Notes: generated by a model not told the origin, from the letters alone. A stretch of DNA of 64,000 nucleotides from Eledone cirrhosa (GCA_964016885.1 OZ024742.1:153326001-153390000); one strand, 5' to 3'. Numbered from the stretch's first letter, positions 42,620 to 58,994 are shown. Numbers and translations: made by a program.

Positions 42620-44870
42620 CTCTTTGTTTGGGGGTTGTTGTTATTCCATTCATGTTTTCTGTTTAGCTTTCGCCTTGTAAGCTCTATTTCGCATGCCTCT
42701 CTGATTTGCCTATCTGCTGGGTCATTTCTATGTGTAGATATTGTAATTTCTATGTTGTCTATGTTACCCTCATGTTGTTGTCTGGCGTGTTCGTATAGTA
42801 CTGAACTGATCTTTCGTCATTTTAGTTCGCTCCAGTTTTGGTCTACTATTTCTCCTATGTTACGAGCTGTCTCGCCTATGTATGTTGTTGTCATGTTTCT
42901 GCACGCGCCCTCTGTACATCTTATGCTATAGACTACGTTTCTTGTTTTACAGTTTACTTTACATATAATACATTTCCTATTAGTACGGTGGGTTTTCTTA
43001 AAAGGCTATGTTTTGCTGATTAGGGATTTTATGGTAGTTCATGATTTTTCTACCACTTTTTAAGTGGATCTTTCTCAGGGCCTTTCTACACTGGTTAGCT
43101 AATTTCTCTCCAGGGGTAGTATCCACGAACATGACACTCTGGTATCTCTGGTTTCCGTACCATGAAGTGGCTTTCCCTATCTTATGTTTAGTCCTATTAC
43201 TTTATTAATATCGTCTACGTAATGAGAGTACATGAGGCGGTCTATGGAGCTCTCTTCAAGGAGTCTTTGAGTCTCCTTTCCCACCATACCATAAATAGAT
43301 AGGCAACATCACCAACTATGCTGACGCTGATGGCTGCTCCCTCATTCTGGGTGTAGATCTTTTCATTGAAAAGTAAGAGCGAGGTGGAGTTCTGCGACGT
43401 CGACACAGATGAACTGGGCCTCCTACTTAGAATGTGTACTCTCGTTACGTAGACGATATTAATTTAGTAATAAGGACACCCCCACCCCACAAGAGAGTAC
43501 TAATGAACATGATTTAGAAGATAGCGCAATGGAAAGCATTCAGCAGATAGCTTACTCCATACACCAGAGTATAACTGTAACTGTTGACTACCCTTCCAAA
43601 CACCCTAACAATAGACTACCTGTATCAGACATGGAACTCTGGATTAAGACTGTGCTAAACCTACGACCTCCAAATGCCTGATGCCCAACAACTCAGCAAT
43701 GTCCAGTAGTGCTAAGTTTAATATTCTGATCGCAGACTTGGTACGAGTGATTAAGAACGTGTCCCCCATGTGCGACCCAACAGAAATGTAAAGACACATC
43801 CAACACTTCATCAGCCGCATGCAGTTCTCTGGCTACAACCAAAGAGACAGAGTCAGAGTATACGAAGGAGCCATGGAAAAGTATAAGACCTTCATAGACA
43901 TGGACATGAAAGGAATGTTCCCAATATACAGGAGCAAATCATGGAATAGCTTAGATGGGACTAAACATAAGATAGGGAAAGCCACTTCATGGTACAGAAA
44001 CCAGAGATACCAGAGTTTCATGTTCGTGGATGCTACCCCTGGGGAAAATTAGCTAACCAATGTAGAAAGAGCCTAAGAAAGACCCACTTAAATATTTAAG
44101 TGGTAGATAAGCCAGGAACAACCATAAAATACCTGATCAGCAAAACAAACCCCTTTAAGAAAACCCACTGTACTAATAAGAAATGTGTTATATGTAAAGT
44201 GAACCGCCAGATAAACTGTAAAACTAGAAATGTAGTCTATAGCATAAGATGTACAAGGGGCACTTGCAGAAACATGACAACGACATACATAGGTGAGACA
44301 GCTCAAAGAATAGGAGAAAGGATAGACCCACATTGGTGGGAATTAAAAGGACAAAAACAAATGGTTCAGTACTATACGAACACGCCAGACAAAGACATGA
44401 TGGTAATAGAGACAACATATAAATTAAAATAATATCTAAACATACTAATGACCCAACAGGATGGCAAATCAGAGAAGCGAGTGAAATAAAGATTAGAAAA
44501 CCAAAGTTAAACAGAAAAAAACGAATTGAATAACAACAACAACCAAACAAATAAATATTGATTTATATAAATAAATGAATAATTAAATAAATAAATATAT
44601 ACACAGGTACAATAACAACAAACACATATAATCAAACACTAGTAAATAAAGATAGAATACAAAAAAAACACATACACTCAAACGCGAACACACACACCAA
44701 GCATTATACACACACACGCAAACGCATGCGAAGAGACGGAGACAAAATAAATAAATAAATAAAATAAAAATAGCGTAAACATTACAATATATTATAATAG
44801 GAGGAAAAGGGATAATGGTACCACTGATGATGTTGCAGATGTGCAACAGAAGAACTTTGTTAGAGTATAT
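42620..44870 (+). mobile_element. Decayed PLE of a third lineage (RT/GIY-YIG 43200-44530) with an inverted copy of its endonuclease region at 42620-43197
   Basis: YVDDINLV, VDYPSKHPNNRLPV, FVDATPG, CTNKKCVIC, NVVYSIRC, YIGETAQ. 42620-43197 is the diverged reverse complement of about 43957-44545. Confidence 0.85.
44820..44865 (+). ncRNA. Probable decayed hammerhead
   Basis: CTGATGA-TGTTGCA gatg TGCAACA-GAAG about 290 nt after the PLE ORF end. Stems I and III are unclear. Confidence 0.45.
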
Positions 44871-45046
44871 ATATATATTTATATCTGTATTTTTAACCGT
44901 TGGTCAGTCTATGATAAACATTGATTGTCAAATAAATTAACTATGGAGTTATACAATATACAGAAGCGCAAACCAACCAAACAATGAGTACGTTCTGTAA
45001 TTATTTCTGGGAGCAGTATTACAACAATATGGCCCTCCCAAAGTAT

Positions 45047-45110
<64 letters not shown>

Positions 45111-45357
45111 GGTTTTCCCCCTCGCTACTGCTAGACCCCATCAGAGGGCCTTAGCCTCGGTGTTTGCATAACTACGGTTTCCTATACGGCGAAATATAAA
45201 AAATATATATATATAGAATAAGTAAAAGTGAAGTAGGTTCAGCTGTTCAAGTTCTTTAATAATAATTGTTTCTACTTTAGTCACAAGGCCAGCAATTACC
45301 CAGTGCATTAATAATAGTGCTGTGATATATATTTCCATGACCACACTGATGTAACAA

Positions 45358-45430
45358 GCCGTCTGATGATGTCAACACACTCCCACACAGAACAGTGTGG
45401 CCAGTGTCGTCATTGAAATACATATCAATG
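45358..45430 (+). ncRNA. Hammerhead ribozyme with long stem II (family of 42141-42189)
   Basis: CTGATGA(45363)-TGTCAACAC..CCACAC/GTGTGG..GTGTCGTCA-TT-GAAA(45415)-TACATA-TC. Confidence 0.6.
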
Positions 45431-45667
45431 TATTATTATTAAAGGACTTGAACATCTGAAACTACTTCGCTTTTACTTATTCGATATTTACTCCGTCACT
45501 CCTATGTGGAAAAAGAAAGTTGAGTGCTTGAATTGAATTGCATCAATATTTACTCTAAGTATATATATATAAATAGTAATTTGGAAGCGACGACTGCCTC
45601 ATACCGTGTTTCTTTAAAAATACGAAATTTCTATACATATTTGTATAAAGCTATGCTTGAAACTAAA

Positions 45668-45729
<62 letters not shown>

Positions 45730-45734
<5 letters not shown>

Positions 45735-45805
45735 TATGTATACGTACATACATATATCTATATCTATACAGACGTACAGTAGTATGTGTATATATACATA
45801 CATGA

Positions 45806-45875
<70 letters not shown>

Positions 45876-46650
45876 GTATGGATTTGCCGAACATTTATTA
45901 TAATGCTCGGTTTGTTGGTAAACAAACATCCCGAATTAAGCCGTACAGTGTTTAGCAACCATCGTTGCCCTTTTGTTCAACACTGACAATGGAACGATGT
46001 ACTAGTTTCAAGCGTATTAGCTATCGTCAACACCGTATACCTTCCTGCCAGATGATTGAACATCTGAAAGTATATACTTTTCTTATGCATATTAACGGTT
46101 GAGCAGCCTAATTTGCATATCGAGTGCATTAATCGGCCGGACGCACCGAAAACGATAAATGGAAAAAATGAAACGAAATTTCATTTCTCACTCTTAGTAC
46201 GACTGTTACTTAAATATAAGTATGTATACGTATATACATATATGTATACAGACGTACAGTTGTATGTATATATATATAAATACATGCACACATATATATA
46301 TATATATGTACGTATGCAAATTAGGCGGCTCAGCCGTTAATATGCATAGAGAAAGTATAAACTTTCACACGTTCAATCATCTGGCAGGAAGGTATACGGT
46401 GCTGACGATAGCTAATAAGCTTGAAACTAGTACATCGTTCCTTTGTCAGTGTTGAACAAAAGGGCAACGATGGTTGCTAAACTCTATACGGCTTAATTCG
46501 GGATGTGTGTTTACAAATAACCGAGCATTATAATAAATGTTCGGTAAATCCATACGTAAATATATATATATGTCTGCATGTATGTATATATATACATTCT
46601 ACTATACATCTGTATACATATATGTATGCACGTATCCAGACTTATATTTA
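45730..46650. mobile_element. Two inverted copies of a small non-coding HHR element (45730-46118 minus; 46211-46650 plus, with ~105-bp inverted termini)
   Basis: 45872-46118 is the reverse complement of 46314-46558; 46211-46318 is the reverse complement of 46551-46650. Confidence 0.8.
46396..46438 (+). ncRNA. Canonical minimal type I hammerhead ribozyme
   Basis: ACGGTG-CTGACGA-TAGC taataa GCTT-GAAA-CTAG-TA-CATCGT: 6-bp stem I, palindromic ACTAGT stem III, GUA site. The minus copy at 45994-46036 has C3U. Confidence 0.88.
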
Positions 46651-47115
46651 AGATATTGGTAGCAACATGTATCAATTACCATGTCAAGATTCTCCTCCGT
46701 GTCCCTACGACGTTTAGTGTGGTTGTTGTGGATTTGTGTGTTTGTTTGTGCGTTGTGGTCACTCGTAATTGTCTTGGGCGTTCTGGTTTGCTTTGTACTG
46801 TTTAATATTTGGTCCCTACTTGTAAGTATTTATGTGCTAGGGGTCCTGTCGTTAGAGGGCTAGGCAGCTATGGCTTTATTTCCTTGGTAGTGGTATGTAT
46901 CATTGCCTGGCGTGTTAAATCAACCACGGAAACACGGACGGAGCCCAGGACCGCCCCCTCTCATCAGTCGATCGCAAGAGACATGTTGTTTCATTGCTTT
47001 AAGATTGTTACAACTGTGTTACCGTTCCATGTGCACTGTCTATTATATATACATATTATATATACATACATACATATATGTATATATAAATAATTATTCG
47101 TTTTGTGTTATCCTT

Positions 47116-48198
47116 GCGAATTTTTGCAATAACTACACACGTTGAATTCACTGGCTAAAATAGGTGTTTTCTCCCCTGATAACCTCACATATCCGTTCAT
47201 AACCTGTGAGATTCTGGCCCACGGAGAACAAAATGCCTGTTGAGAAAGTGATGCCTTGTTCGATCATTATACCAAAAGCTTATTTTTTATAAGCACACAG
47301 TATTATTGATTTAGTTGATACAGAAACCCAAATTCGGAGTATTCCATCTTCCTGAGGGTCCGGGTAACTATTTCAATAATATCTTATTTTGTTTGACCCG
47401 TTTAACTTGTTAACTTTTTGGGGTCTGGGGGTTAATGGCTTCTTAACCATCGTCTCAGTTTGTATGACCTTTTTAACTTATGTTTATAGCTCTGGTATCT
47501 TCATATCCACCAAGCGCTTGTCTACACAATAGAGAAGTTGCGTTTCGCTAATTTCTACCTGCTGAAATGCGATTCTCGCTAAATTTATATTTGTATTATT
47601 CTCCCAAGTCAAGCGATTAAACAGTTAATTTTTTGGAGGCGTTTAGGTTAATTCTATTGTCTGATTAATTGCTTAAGTTTATTTTAAAAACAACTCGGTA
47701 GAGAGCTTTATCCGTTTTGTGCTATTTCTGCGAATTTTTGCAATAACTACACACGCTGAATTCACTGGCCAAAATATGGGTTTTCTCCCCTTAGAACCTC
47801 ACATGTGCTTTTATAACCTGTGAGATTCTGGCCCACGAAGAACAAAATATCTGTTGGGAAAGTGATGCCTTGTTCGATCATTATACCAAAAGCTTATTTT
47901 TAATAAGCACACAGTATTATTGATTTAGGTGTTACATAAACCCAAATTCGGAGTATTCCATCTTCCCCGAGGGTCCGGGTAACTATTTCCATCATATCTT
48001 ATTTTGTTTGACCCGTTTAGCTTGTTCGCTTTATTGGCTCTGGTGGTTAATGGCTTCTTAACCATCGTCTGAGTTTGTATGACATTTTAAACTTATTTTT
48101 ATAGGTCTAGTACCTTCATATCCATGGACACTTGTGTCTACACAATACGGAAGTTGCGTTTCGCTGATTTCTACCCATCGAAATGCGATTCTCACTAA

Positions 48199-48200
<2 letters not shown>
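47116..48200. repeat. Direct repeat pair (~475 bp; 47116-47590 and 47729-48200)
   Basis: Collinear, roughly 85-90% similar by eye; non-coding. Confidence 0.9.
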
Positions 48201-48270
<70 letters not shown>

Positions 48271-48348
48271 CGTTCTGAATTTGTTTAGCAATATTCTTTA
48301 TCTGAAAACGTGTGTTCAAACCGATATTGTTATGCTTTGGTAGGGTCA

Positions 48349-48460
48349 TGTTGCCAATAAGAAACACACGCACCAATGGTTTTCACTCCAATTTATTATA
48401 GATTAAATTTATAATAAATTGGAGTGAAACAACTGGTTCGTGTGTTTCTTATTGGCAACA
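48349..48460. repeat. Imperfect ~110-bp hairpin
   Basis: TGTTGCCAATAAGAAACACACG..CACTCCAATTT / AAATTGGAGTG..CGTGTGTTTCTTATTGGCAACA. Confidence 0.8.
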
Positions 48461-48463
48461 GCA

Positions 48464-48511
<48 letters not shown>

Positions 48512-48699
48512 GTGTGTGTGTGTGTGTGTTCCGTATAACCATGCCCTTTACGAGGTGAGGATCTGCTAAGGTGAAACAATTGTTCTGGGTATGCTGAACT
48601 AACTGTTGTGTAACCACTTCTACCTGACTCGTCCCATGGACTGAGTGCTCTAGCACTACGGATATTAATTTCCAGTGTCCTAACACTATATATATATAT

Positions 48700-50783
<2,084 letters not shown>

Positions 50784-50921
50784 AGTGTAATTTACTACAC
50801 AAAACGAAGGTTATGGAGAAAATTGAGGTTGGTAATGGCACATGGAATATATAAGAGACAGAATACTTTTTTGTGAAAAAACATATAATTTTATAAGGTA
50901 AGGAAATAATAAAGGGTATAA

Positions 50922-50970
50922 AAAATGACCGGTTTCGATGGGTCTGCAAAAGCCATATTTTCAAATGTTG
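50922..50970 (-). ncRNA. Hammerhead ribozyme, U3-A8 core
   Basis: TTGAAAA-TATGG..CCATC-GAAA-CCGG-TC. Confidence 0.7.
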
Positions 50971-51322
50971 ATTAATATTAAGAAAAATTAATAATAAGAA
51001 GAGTTAAAATTTGAGATTTGAAAATTCAAGTATAAAATTCATTGTGGGATTTCATAGTAGTTTTCATCTTGGTAGCAGCTCGTTGACTGCTTCTGGTAGG
51101 GAATGAGAAGTTATTTGGGGGTGTGGGTTATTTTATAAAGGTCAAATTTAGCAACGGCCAGATAGCCAGCTGCTGGTCAGTGAGAGGGTGGAAGCAATAT
51201 ACATACATATATCTTCCTGTGCTCGGTAGGAGAGGGGAGATTGATAGAAAGGGATTTAGTGCACTTACACCTATATATACACACATACCTTCATCCACAC
51301 ATACATACACATACATATACAT

Positions 51323-51334
<12 letters not shown>

Positions 51335-51377
<43 letters not shown>

Positions 51378-51442
51378 TACATATACACACATACATACAC
51401 ACACACATACATACACACATACACACACACATATATGCACAT

Positions 51443-51473
<31 letters not shown>

Positions 51474-54400
51474 CACAAACACACACACACACACACATAT
51501 ATATACATACACATACATCCATATACACACATACATACACATATTACAAACGAACCTGAACCAGAAAGAAAACTCCGTGAACAAATGTCACTCAACAGGA
51601 TAAACATGGAAATAGAACTCCTAAAATTAAGGGCCACCTCCAACGAGCAAGAGTATAAGGATACTGATAAAAATATGGAGGAAGAATACACTAAAAAGGC
51701 CGAGGGAACAACCCTACAAAATTTAATCAAATCGTGGAAACAGGACTGCGAGAATGCAGAAATTATTTCCCTTAAACGGTGGGAAAAATCCGAAAACTGG
51801 TTCCTCAAATATGAAGAAGACTTTAAAAGGACGCACCAAACAGGTAACCCCTTTATAAAGCATTTGAACATAACAAGAACTACAACAGACACATTTACAC
51901 CACCAAACCCAACACACACTAACCACAGGCACATCCCCCACCAACACAAACCAAATACGGCCAACTACACCAAAAGAAACACACCCAACCACCACAACAC
52001 AGGTTTCCGTAGAAATGCCCCCTACATAAACCAACGACGAAATAACATAGATCCAACTCACAACAAACACACCACATTCCTCAGAAGAAATCCACCCAGA
52101 CCACTTGAAATCACAACAGAACTTACCCACAACCACACCAGACATCACCCTCAATCCAACAAAAGACAACCCCCCAACCTCAACACTCTGTACCACAGAA
52201 ATAACGCACCCAGACCACATGAACCAACAACAGAACCCTTGCTCATCAACAACCACAACACATACCACCCCCACCATCACACTCCTCCTCATGAAACAAC
52301 AAGCTACAGACCCACACGCAACAGACCAACAAAATATAATCACACACAAAACTACATTCCTTTTTTAGGGAAAAGCCTGAAATACCAGGATACTCGATGC
52401 CCTCTCCCCCCCCCCCCTCAGGAGAAACCAAAAATAATCAACCTCTCAAAGACACCTCTAACCAACACACAAATCAACATTTTAAGTAAGGGCCTGAAAT
52501 TTACACCTACACCACGTAAACCAAACTTCCCCGAAATGAAGGATGACATCATGGAATACTGCCGAAAGCGGCGACTAACGGAATTCTTCCACAACGACAC
52601 CAACACTGAAGACGAATCAGTGGTTAGAAATAAAAGCAATTTCTGCCCACAAAAGGGAAGAAATAAAGCACTGGACACGTACTGCGAACACATCACCAAC
52701 TTTCCCTATGAAAAAATTACAAATAAACACACGAAATCAAACCTATCTACACTCGAATGGGAAGAATTATTCACACTTAGAAACAACCCTGAGATAGCTA
52801 TCAAAGAGGCCGATAAAGGCAGTACTGTTGTCATTATGAATACGGACTACTATAGCACCCTCGCACTTAACATTTTAGAAAACAACACATACTATGAAAA
52901 AACAGAAAACTACAAACACACCAAAACAATGGGGAACCTTTTGACCTTACTGAATAAATACCGCAACAGCTTAACCACAACAGAGTTTAACTATATAAGC
53001 CACTTCAAATGCAATACAAGTTCTTTTTACGGTTTACCGAAACTCCACAAATGTAAACCCATAAACGATGCATGTGACACCTCAACCAACAATTACATTG
53101 AACTAACACCACCAGAAGACGTAAAACTCAGGCCAATTATAGCAGGCCCTACATGTGAAACCCACAGACTTAGCAACTTTCTGGACATCCTACTGAAACC
53201 CTTTCTACAACATATACAGAGCTACATACGAGATGACCTTGACATGCTGAAACACCTCCCTAAAACAGTAAGTGCAAATACAATTCTTGACTCCTTTGAC
53301 GTAATAAACCTCTACACAAACATACCCCACAACTATGGAATAACAGCAGTCCAATACTGGCTTAACACACACCCATCAGAAATACCGACACGCATCAACA
53401 AAGATTTTATCACTGACGGACTCCGCTTTATCCTACAAAATAACTACTTCACATTCAATGGTTCAACATACAGACAAGTATCAGGTACGGCAATGGGCAC
53501 GAAAGTAGCACCCACATATGCCAACCTAGTCATGGGATTCCATGAACAACAAATATACAGTCAGTCCCTTCTCTTATTTGGAGACTCTTTCCACACACAC
53601 CTCAAAGCCAATTGGAAAAGATATCTAGACGACTGCTTTATCCTATGGCAAGAAGACATGAACTCACTTACTATGTTTAAAACACATGATAAACAACATA
53701 GATAATAACATACAATTCACAATGGAATCCAATCCCAAGGAATTAGCCTTCTTGGATATTCTCATCTCAGCAATAGACGGGAAATTAGAAACAGATATAT
53801 TCTATAAACCCACAGATTCCAAGCAATACCTCTTTTTCACATCAAGTCACCCAAAACATACAAAACTTAACATTCCTTACAATTTGGCCAAACGTATATG
53901 TACCATAGTTTCAGATCCACCTAAACGATAGCAAAGACTAAAGGAACTAAAAGACACCCTTATCTTAAGAGCCTTTCCACTTGAAATAATCAACAATGGA
54001 ATAGACAGGGCAAAACACCTAAATCCCCATCAACTTAACAATCCAAAACAGAAAACCACACTCAACACCCTGCCATATGTATCCACTTTCAACCCCAGAA
54101 ATACCGAAATGTCTGATCACCTACACAAAAACCTCCCCATCCTACTTAAAGATGTAAAAATGAAGTCTATTCTTGAAACACACAAGATCCTTAAAAGTAA
54201 AAGACAACCCAAATCACTAAAAAGCATTCTCACTGGACCAAATATACCCAAACCAATCCTCAACCCTGCAGTTACCAAATGTGGTAGAACAAACTGTGGA
54301 ACGTGCCTCTACCTCACTGAAGGACAAACATTTACATTTAAAGATGGCCAAACATTTACAGTAAAAAACAATTTCACCTGCAACTCGGAGAACTTGATTT

Positions 54401-55298
54401 ACGCAATAACTTGCGGTGGGTGCAAACACAACTACATAGGACAGACGGGCACCTCATTACGCAAAAGAATGACCATCCACCGCCAACAAATCCGGGACGC
54501 TAGCACAAGAAAAATCCCCTTGAGCAGCCATATTGCGAACTGCGCAGGAATGACACTACCCAACTTTAAAATCTTCCCCTTCTACAAGTGCTCAGATTCG
54601 TTCACACAGCAACAAAGAATAAACAAAGAAAATCTATTCCTTAACAAATTTAAACCAAAACTAAACAGGTTATCACCCCAATAGAATTGTCATAAAATAT
54701 AAACACACATACGCACGGAATCACTACTATTAAAGACCAGATACCAATTCTGTAGAATCAGGTTTATTCGTTGACAGACCATGCCTTTGTGTGACCTACA
54801 CATCCATGTTAAACCCTACACGTGCACACACATATATCTATATATATATATGCGCACACAGAATTCACCACTGTCGGTTGCGGAGCCCAATCTACATGAA
54901 GAACTCAATGTGATCAGAATGACTTGTATTTTAATTTCACTGCCCTAACTTCTTATATTATGTAAACAATATATGTGTAAGTACGTATATATATATATTT
55001 GGAGGCCATTTCTCTGTGTGTGGGTGTATATATGTGTATGTGTGTGTGTGTGTGTGTATGTGTGTGCATGTCAATGTATGTATTGTGTGTGCGTGTGTGT
55101 GTGTGTGTGTCTATGTTTGTGTGTATCTGGATGTATGCGTATGTGTATATATATATATGTGTGTGTGTGTGTGTATATATTTATATGTGGGTGTATGTGT
55201 ATATATGTGTGTGTGTGTGTGTGTGTGTTTGTATGTGTGTATGTATATACATGTGTGTGTGTATGTATGATGTATGTGTGGGTGTGTGTATATATATA

Positions 55299-55329
<31 letters not shown>

Positions 55330-55402
55330 GTGTGTGTATGTGCATATATGTGTGTGTGTATGTGTGTATGTATGTGTGTGTGTATGTATGTGTGTATATG
55401 TA

Positions 55403-55442
<40 letters not shown>

Positions 55443-55525
55443 GTAGGAGGTGAGTTTTATTGTAGTACAATAAAGCAATGCAGATATCGGATAAGAAGCA
55501 CTCTACAGTTTGTAGGACTAGAGTA
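51335..55525 (+). mobile_element. Neptune-like PLE nested in the pLTR microsatellite of the previous element
   Basis: Its (GT/AT)-rich 3' region (55130-55440) is mirrored as a reverse complement at its 5' end (51340-51545). Confidence 0.85.
51545..54684 (+). pseudogene. Near-intact PLE polyprotein (N-terminal extension, RT, GIY-YIG)
   Basis: IINLS, LSKGLKFTPTP, EADKG, FYGLPKLHK, RPIIAG, GTAMGTKVAPTYANL, WKRYLDD, YKPTDSKQYL, KCGRTNCGTC, NLIYAITC..YIGQT. Frameshift near 53690 and a stop at 53929. Confidence 0.92.
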
Positions 55526-58500
55526 TACATAATATATGATCAAAAGATGGTTAAAGGAGTTCCATGTATTTTATTATGCGCATTTCAAAAACAAACATCA
55601 TCATGCAATAATATTTGTGTTTTCATCAGATAAAACAGGAGAACATGACATGAAGGCTAAAAAACACTTGTGGATAGTGCAGTTTTAAATCAACATATGA
55701 AAAGTGGTTTTAGATTGATGTGTGATATTGGGAAAAATATTTTATTTAGAGAGGGGGGGTGAAACAGGGGAGGAGATGAGAGGGAGAGATGGGTGATAGA
55801 GATAAAGAGATCGTTTTTATAACCGAGAGAAGATATATTGTTTTACATAGAGAGGTTGAAAACCGTTGGAAGATAATGTATGAATTAAAAGAATTTGAAA
55901 ATTAACGAAGGGAAAGATATGTACGAGGAAAAAATATTTTGTTTAGGGAGGGGGGTGGAGAGGATGAAAAAAGGGGGAGGAGATGAGAGTGAATGTGGAG
56001 AGGGAGAGATGGGTGATAGAGAGAAAGAGATAGTTTTTATAACTGAGAAAAGATATATTGTTTTACATAGAGAGGTTGAAAACCGTTGGAAGATAATGTA
56101 TAAATTAAAAGAATTTGAAAATTAGCGAAGGGAAAAATATTTGCGAGGAAAGAGAGGGAGTTTATGTATGAAGATAGAGAGAAAAAAATAATAATTGTGG
56201 ATGAATATTCTAACGTCAAAAAGGTGTATGTTGATAAGTATTGTGGCAATTTCAAAATTAACGAAGAGAAAAAAATTATTAGGTTTGTGTGTAGAAGGAT
56301 TTGAGAAAAATAATGTGAAGTTAAAGTTTGTATATTGAAGGAATAGATAATATGTGCGAAGAACGAGTTAATATGTATTAAGAATGAGTTCGTTGATGGG
56401 GAGAAAAAAATAATAAATTAAGGATGAAATTGAGATTAAAAAGTTTTATGATAGAGAGAGAAAAAATAATAATAATTGCGGATGAATATTCTAACGTCAA
56501 AAAAACAAATGTATATGTTATGAAGGATTTTACAAGGTGAAGATAGAAAGAGGGTAATGAGTAAACAAGTATTATAGAGTGTATAATGCCCTTTAAAGTA
56601 AGGTAGGAAGATGGGTATATTTTAAAGAGGTGTATGTATATGTGCCTTTGAGAAAATATTCTAAATTGATAAAGAATTGAATATTAACTGTTTACTTTGT
56701 GAAAAGTCCTATGGAATTTATGCAGGCAGATAGAAAACAAATCTGTACGTCTATTTATTATAGAATCTAGATTAGAGATAATGGTAAATTTTTCATTTAG
56801 GCAAAGATTACAGATTTTAGATAGAGAGCTGTTCAAGTATGAGGATGCAGAAGAAACCTTCTTCCAAAAGATGGTATATTTAATGTTTTTGTCGTTCAAG
56901 GACCATATGAGTGCTGAGAGAGCCGTGTTGGTTCTTTTAAGTTTGTATTTGAAAGATGAATGGTGAATATAGAGACGAGCTTTAAAAGAGGTGGAAGTGG
57001 AGCCAAAATAGGTGAAGCAATTGGTGCTAGTTATAACTTTACATTCATAAATTAAGTTTTTGTCAAGACAATGGTTGTTGAGAGAACATTTATTTTTAAT
57101 GCGGCAGTTGCAATTAGAGAGATTATTAATGAGTGACCTAGTGTTATCTATAGAAGGAATTGGATTGGAGAAGTTGTTTGCGATAGGAATAATAGGAATA
57201 ATAGTTTCTTGATTTAGAGTTGGATTATGAACATTTAGCGAAGTTGTGTTTGACGTTGTATTTGGGTTTACAGAAGTTAGCCTAGGGTTTACAATGACGT
57301 CGGGAGTACTATTACTGTTATTATGAAATTCAATGTTGGAAGGAAGAGATTTAGTATTTAGTATTTTATTGTTGTGTTTAGAGATGATGTTGGAAATATT
57401 GGAGGATGTAGAATAAGAAAATTTGATGGTGTGTTTGTTAAATATTTTACTATAGATATGCGAGGGAGGGAAGCATTTATTTAAGGCACTAAAAATAATT
57501 TAGGAATATTGTTATTAATAGAGATGGAGAAAGGAGCATTATACCAGATTATGTTTTTGTATCTAGGTCTTTTATTAAAATTATTGGAATGATCATGATT
57601 AATTATTCTACTGTAAGTGTTTCTAGGATTTGTTTCTTTACTATATTTGATTTTATCTGGATAGCCGGCTTTAGAAAGTGCGTTAGCATCAAATATGTTT
57701 TTATTAGAGGATATGTTAGATATTCTTTTTACAATATTACTAACTATAGCATTCTTGATATTGGTAGGATGGTTAGATTTAAAGTTAACATAATTTAGGT
57801 TCTCATTGTTTTTATGGTAAGGGTAATATAGGCCAGTGTCAAGATTAAGAGATACATCCAAGAAATTAGCTAGTTTGATACTATTATCAAATTCAATTTT
57901 TAGGTTATGTTGGTTAAAGAGATTACGTATATTGTTCTTAATAATAATTTTCAAGTTCTTTTAATTTATACATTATCTTCCAACGGATTTCAACCTCTCT
58001 ATGTAAAACAATATATCTTCTCTCAGTTATAAAAACTATCTCTTTCTCTCTATCACCCATCTCTCCCTCTCATCTCCTCCCCTTTTTCATCCTTTCCACC
58101 CCCACCCCTCTCTAAATAAAATATTTTTCCCAATATCACACATCAATCTAAAACCACTTTTCATATGTTGATTTAAAACTGCACTATCCACAAGTGTTTT
58201 TTAGCCTTCATATCATGTTCTCCTGTTTTATCTGATGAAAACACAAATATTATTGCATGATGATGTTTGTTTTTGAAATGCGCATAATAAAATACATGGA
58301 ACTCCTTTAACCATCTTTTGATCTTATATTATATATATATATATATATATGTATGTGTATGTATATGTATATGTATGTATGTGTGGATGAAGGTATGTGT
58401 GTATATATAGGTGTAAGTGCACTAAATCCCTTTCTATCAATCTCCCCTCTCCTACCGAAGCACAGGAAGATATATGTATGTATATTGCTTCCACTCCCTC

Positions 58501-58711
58501 ACTGACCAGCAGCTTGCTATCTGGCCGTTGCTAAATTTGACCTTTATAAAATAACCAACACCCCCAAATAACTTCTCATTCACTACCAGAAGCAGTCAAC
58601 GAGCTGCTACCAAGATGAAAACTACTATGAAATCCCACAATGAATTTTATACTTGAATTTTCAAATCTCAAATTTTAACTCTTCTTATTATTAATTTTTC
58701 TTAATATTAAT

Positions 58712-58761
58712 CAACATTTGAAAAGATGGCTTTTGCAGACCCATCGAAACCGGTCATTTTT
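58712..58761 (+). ncRNA. Hammerhead ribozyme, U3-A8 core
   Basis: TTGAAAA(58718-58724)-GATGG..CCATC-GAAA(58746)-CCGG-TC; palindromic ACCGGT stem III, GUC site; weak stem I. Confidence 0.78.
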
Positions 58762-58859
58762 TATACTCTTTATTATTTCCTTACCTTATAAAATTATATG
58801 TTTTTTCACAAAAAAGTATTCTGTCTCTTATATATTCCATGTGCCATTACCAACCTCAA

Positions 58860-58994
<135 letters not shown>

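Noticed and set aside
51123-51545. First ~140 aa of the 860-aa ORF
   Set aside because: It reads through the antisense pLTR of another element and a microsatellite; an accidental fusion.
54885-54930. ATGAAGA..GAAT downstream of the Neptune-like ORF as an HHR
   Set aside because: The position fits, but core and stems are too degenerate to support a call.
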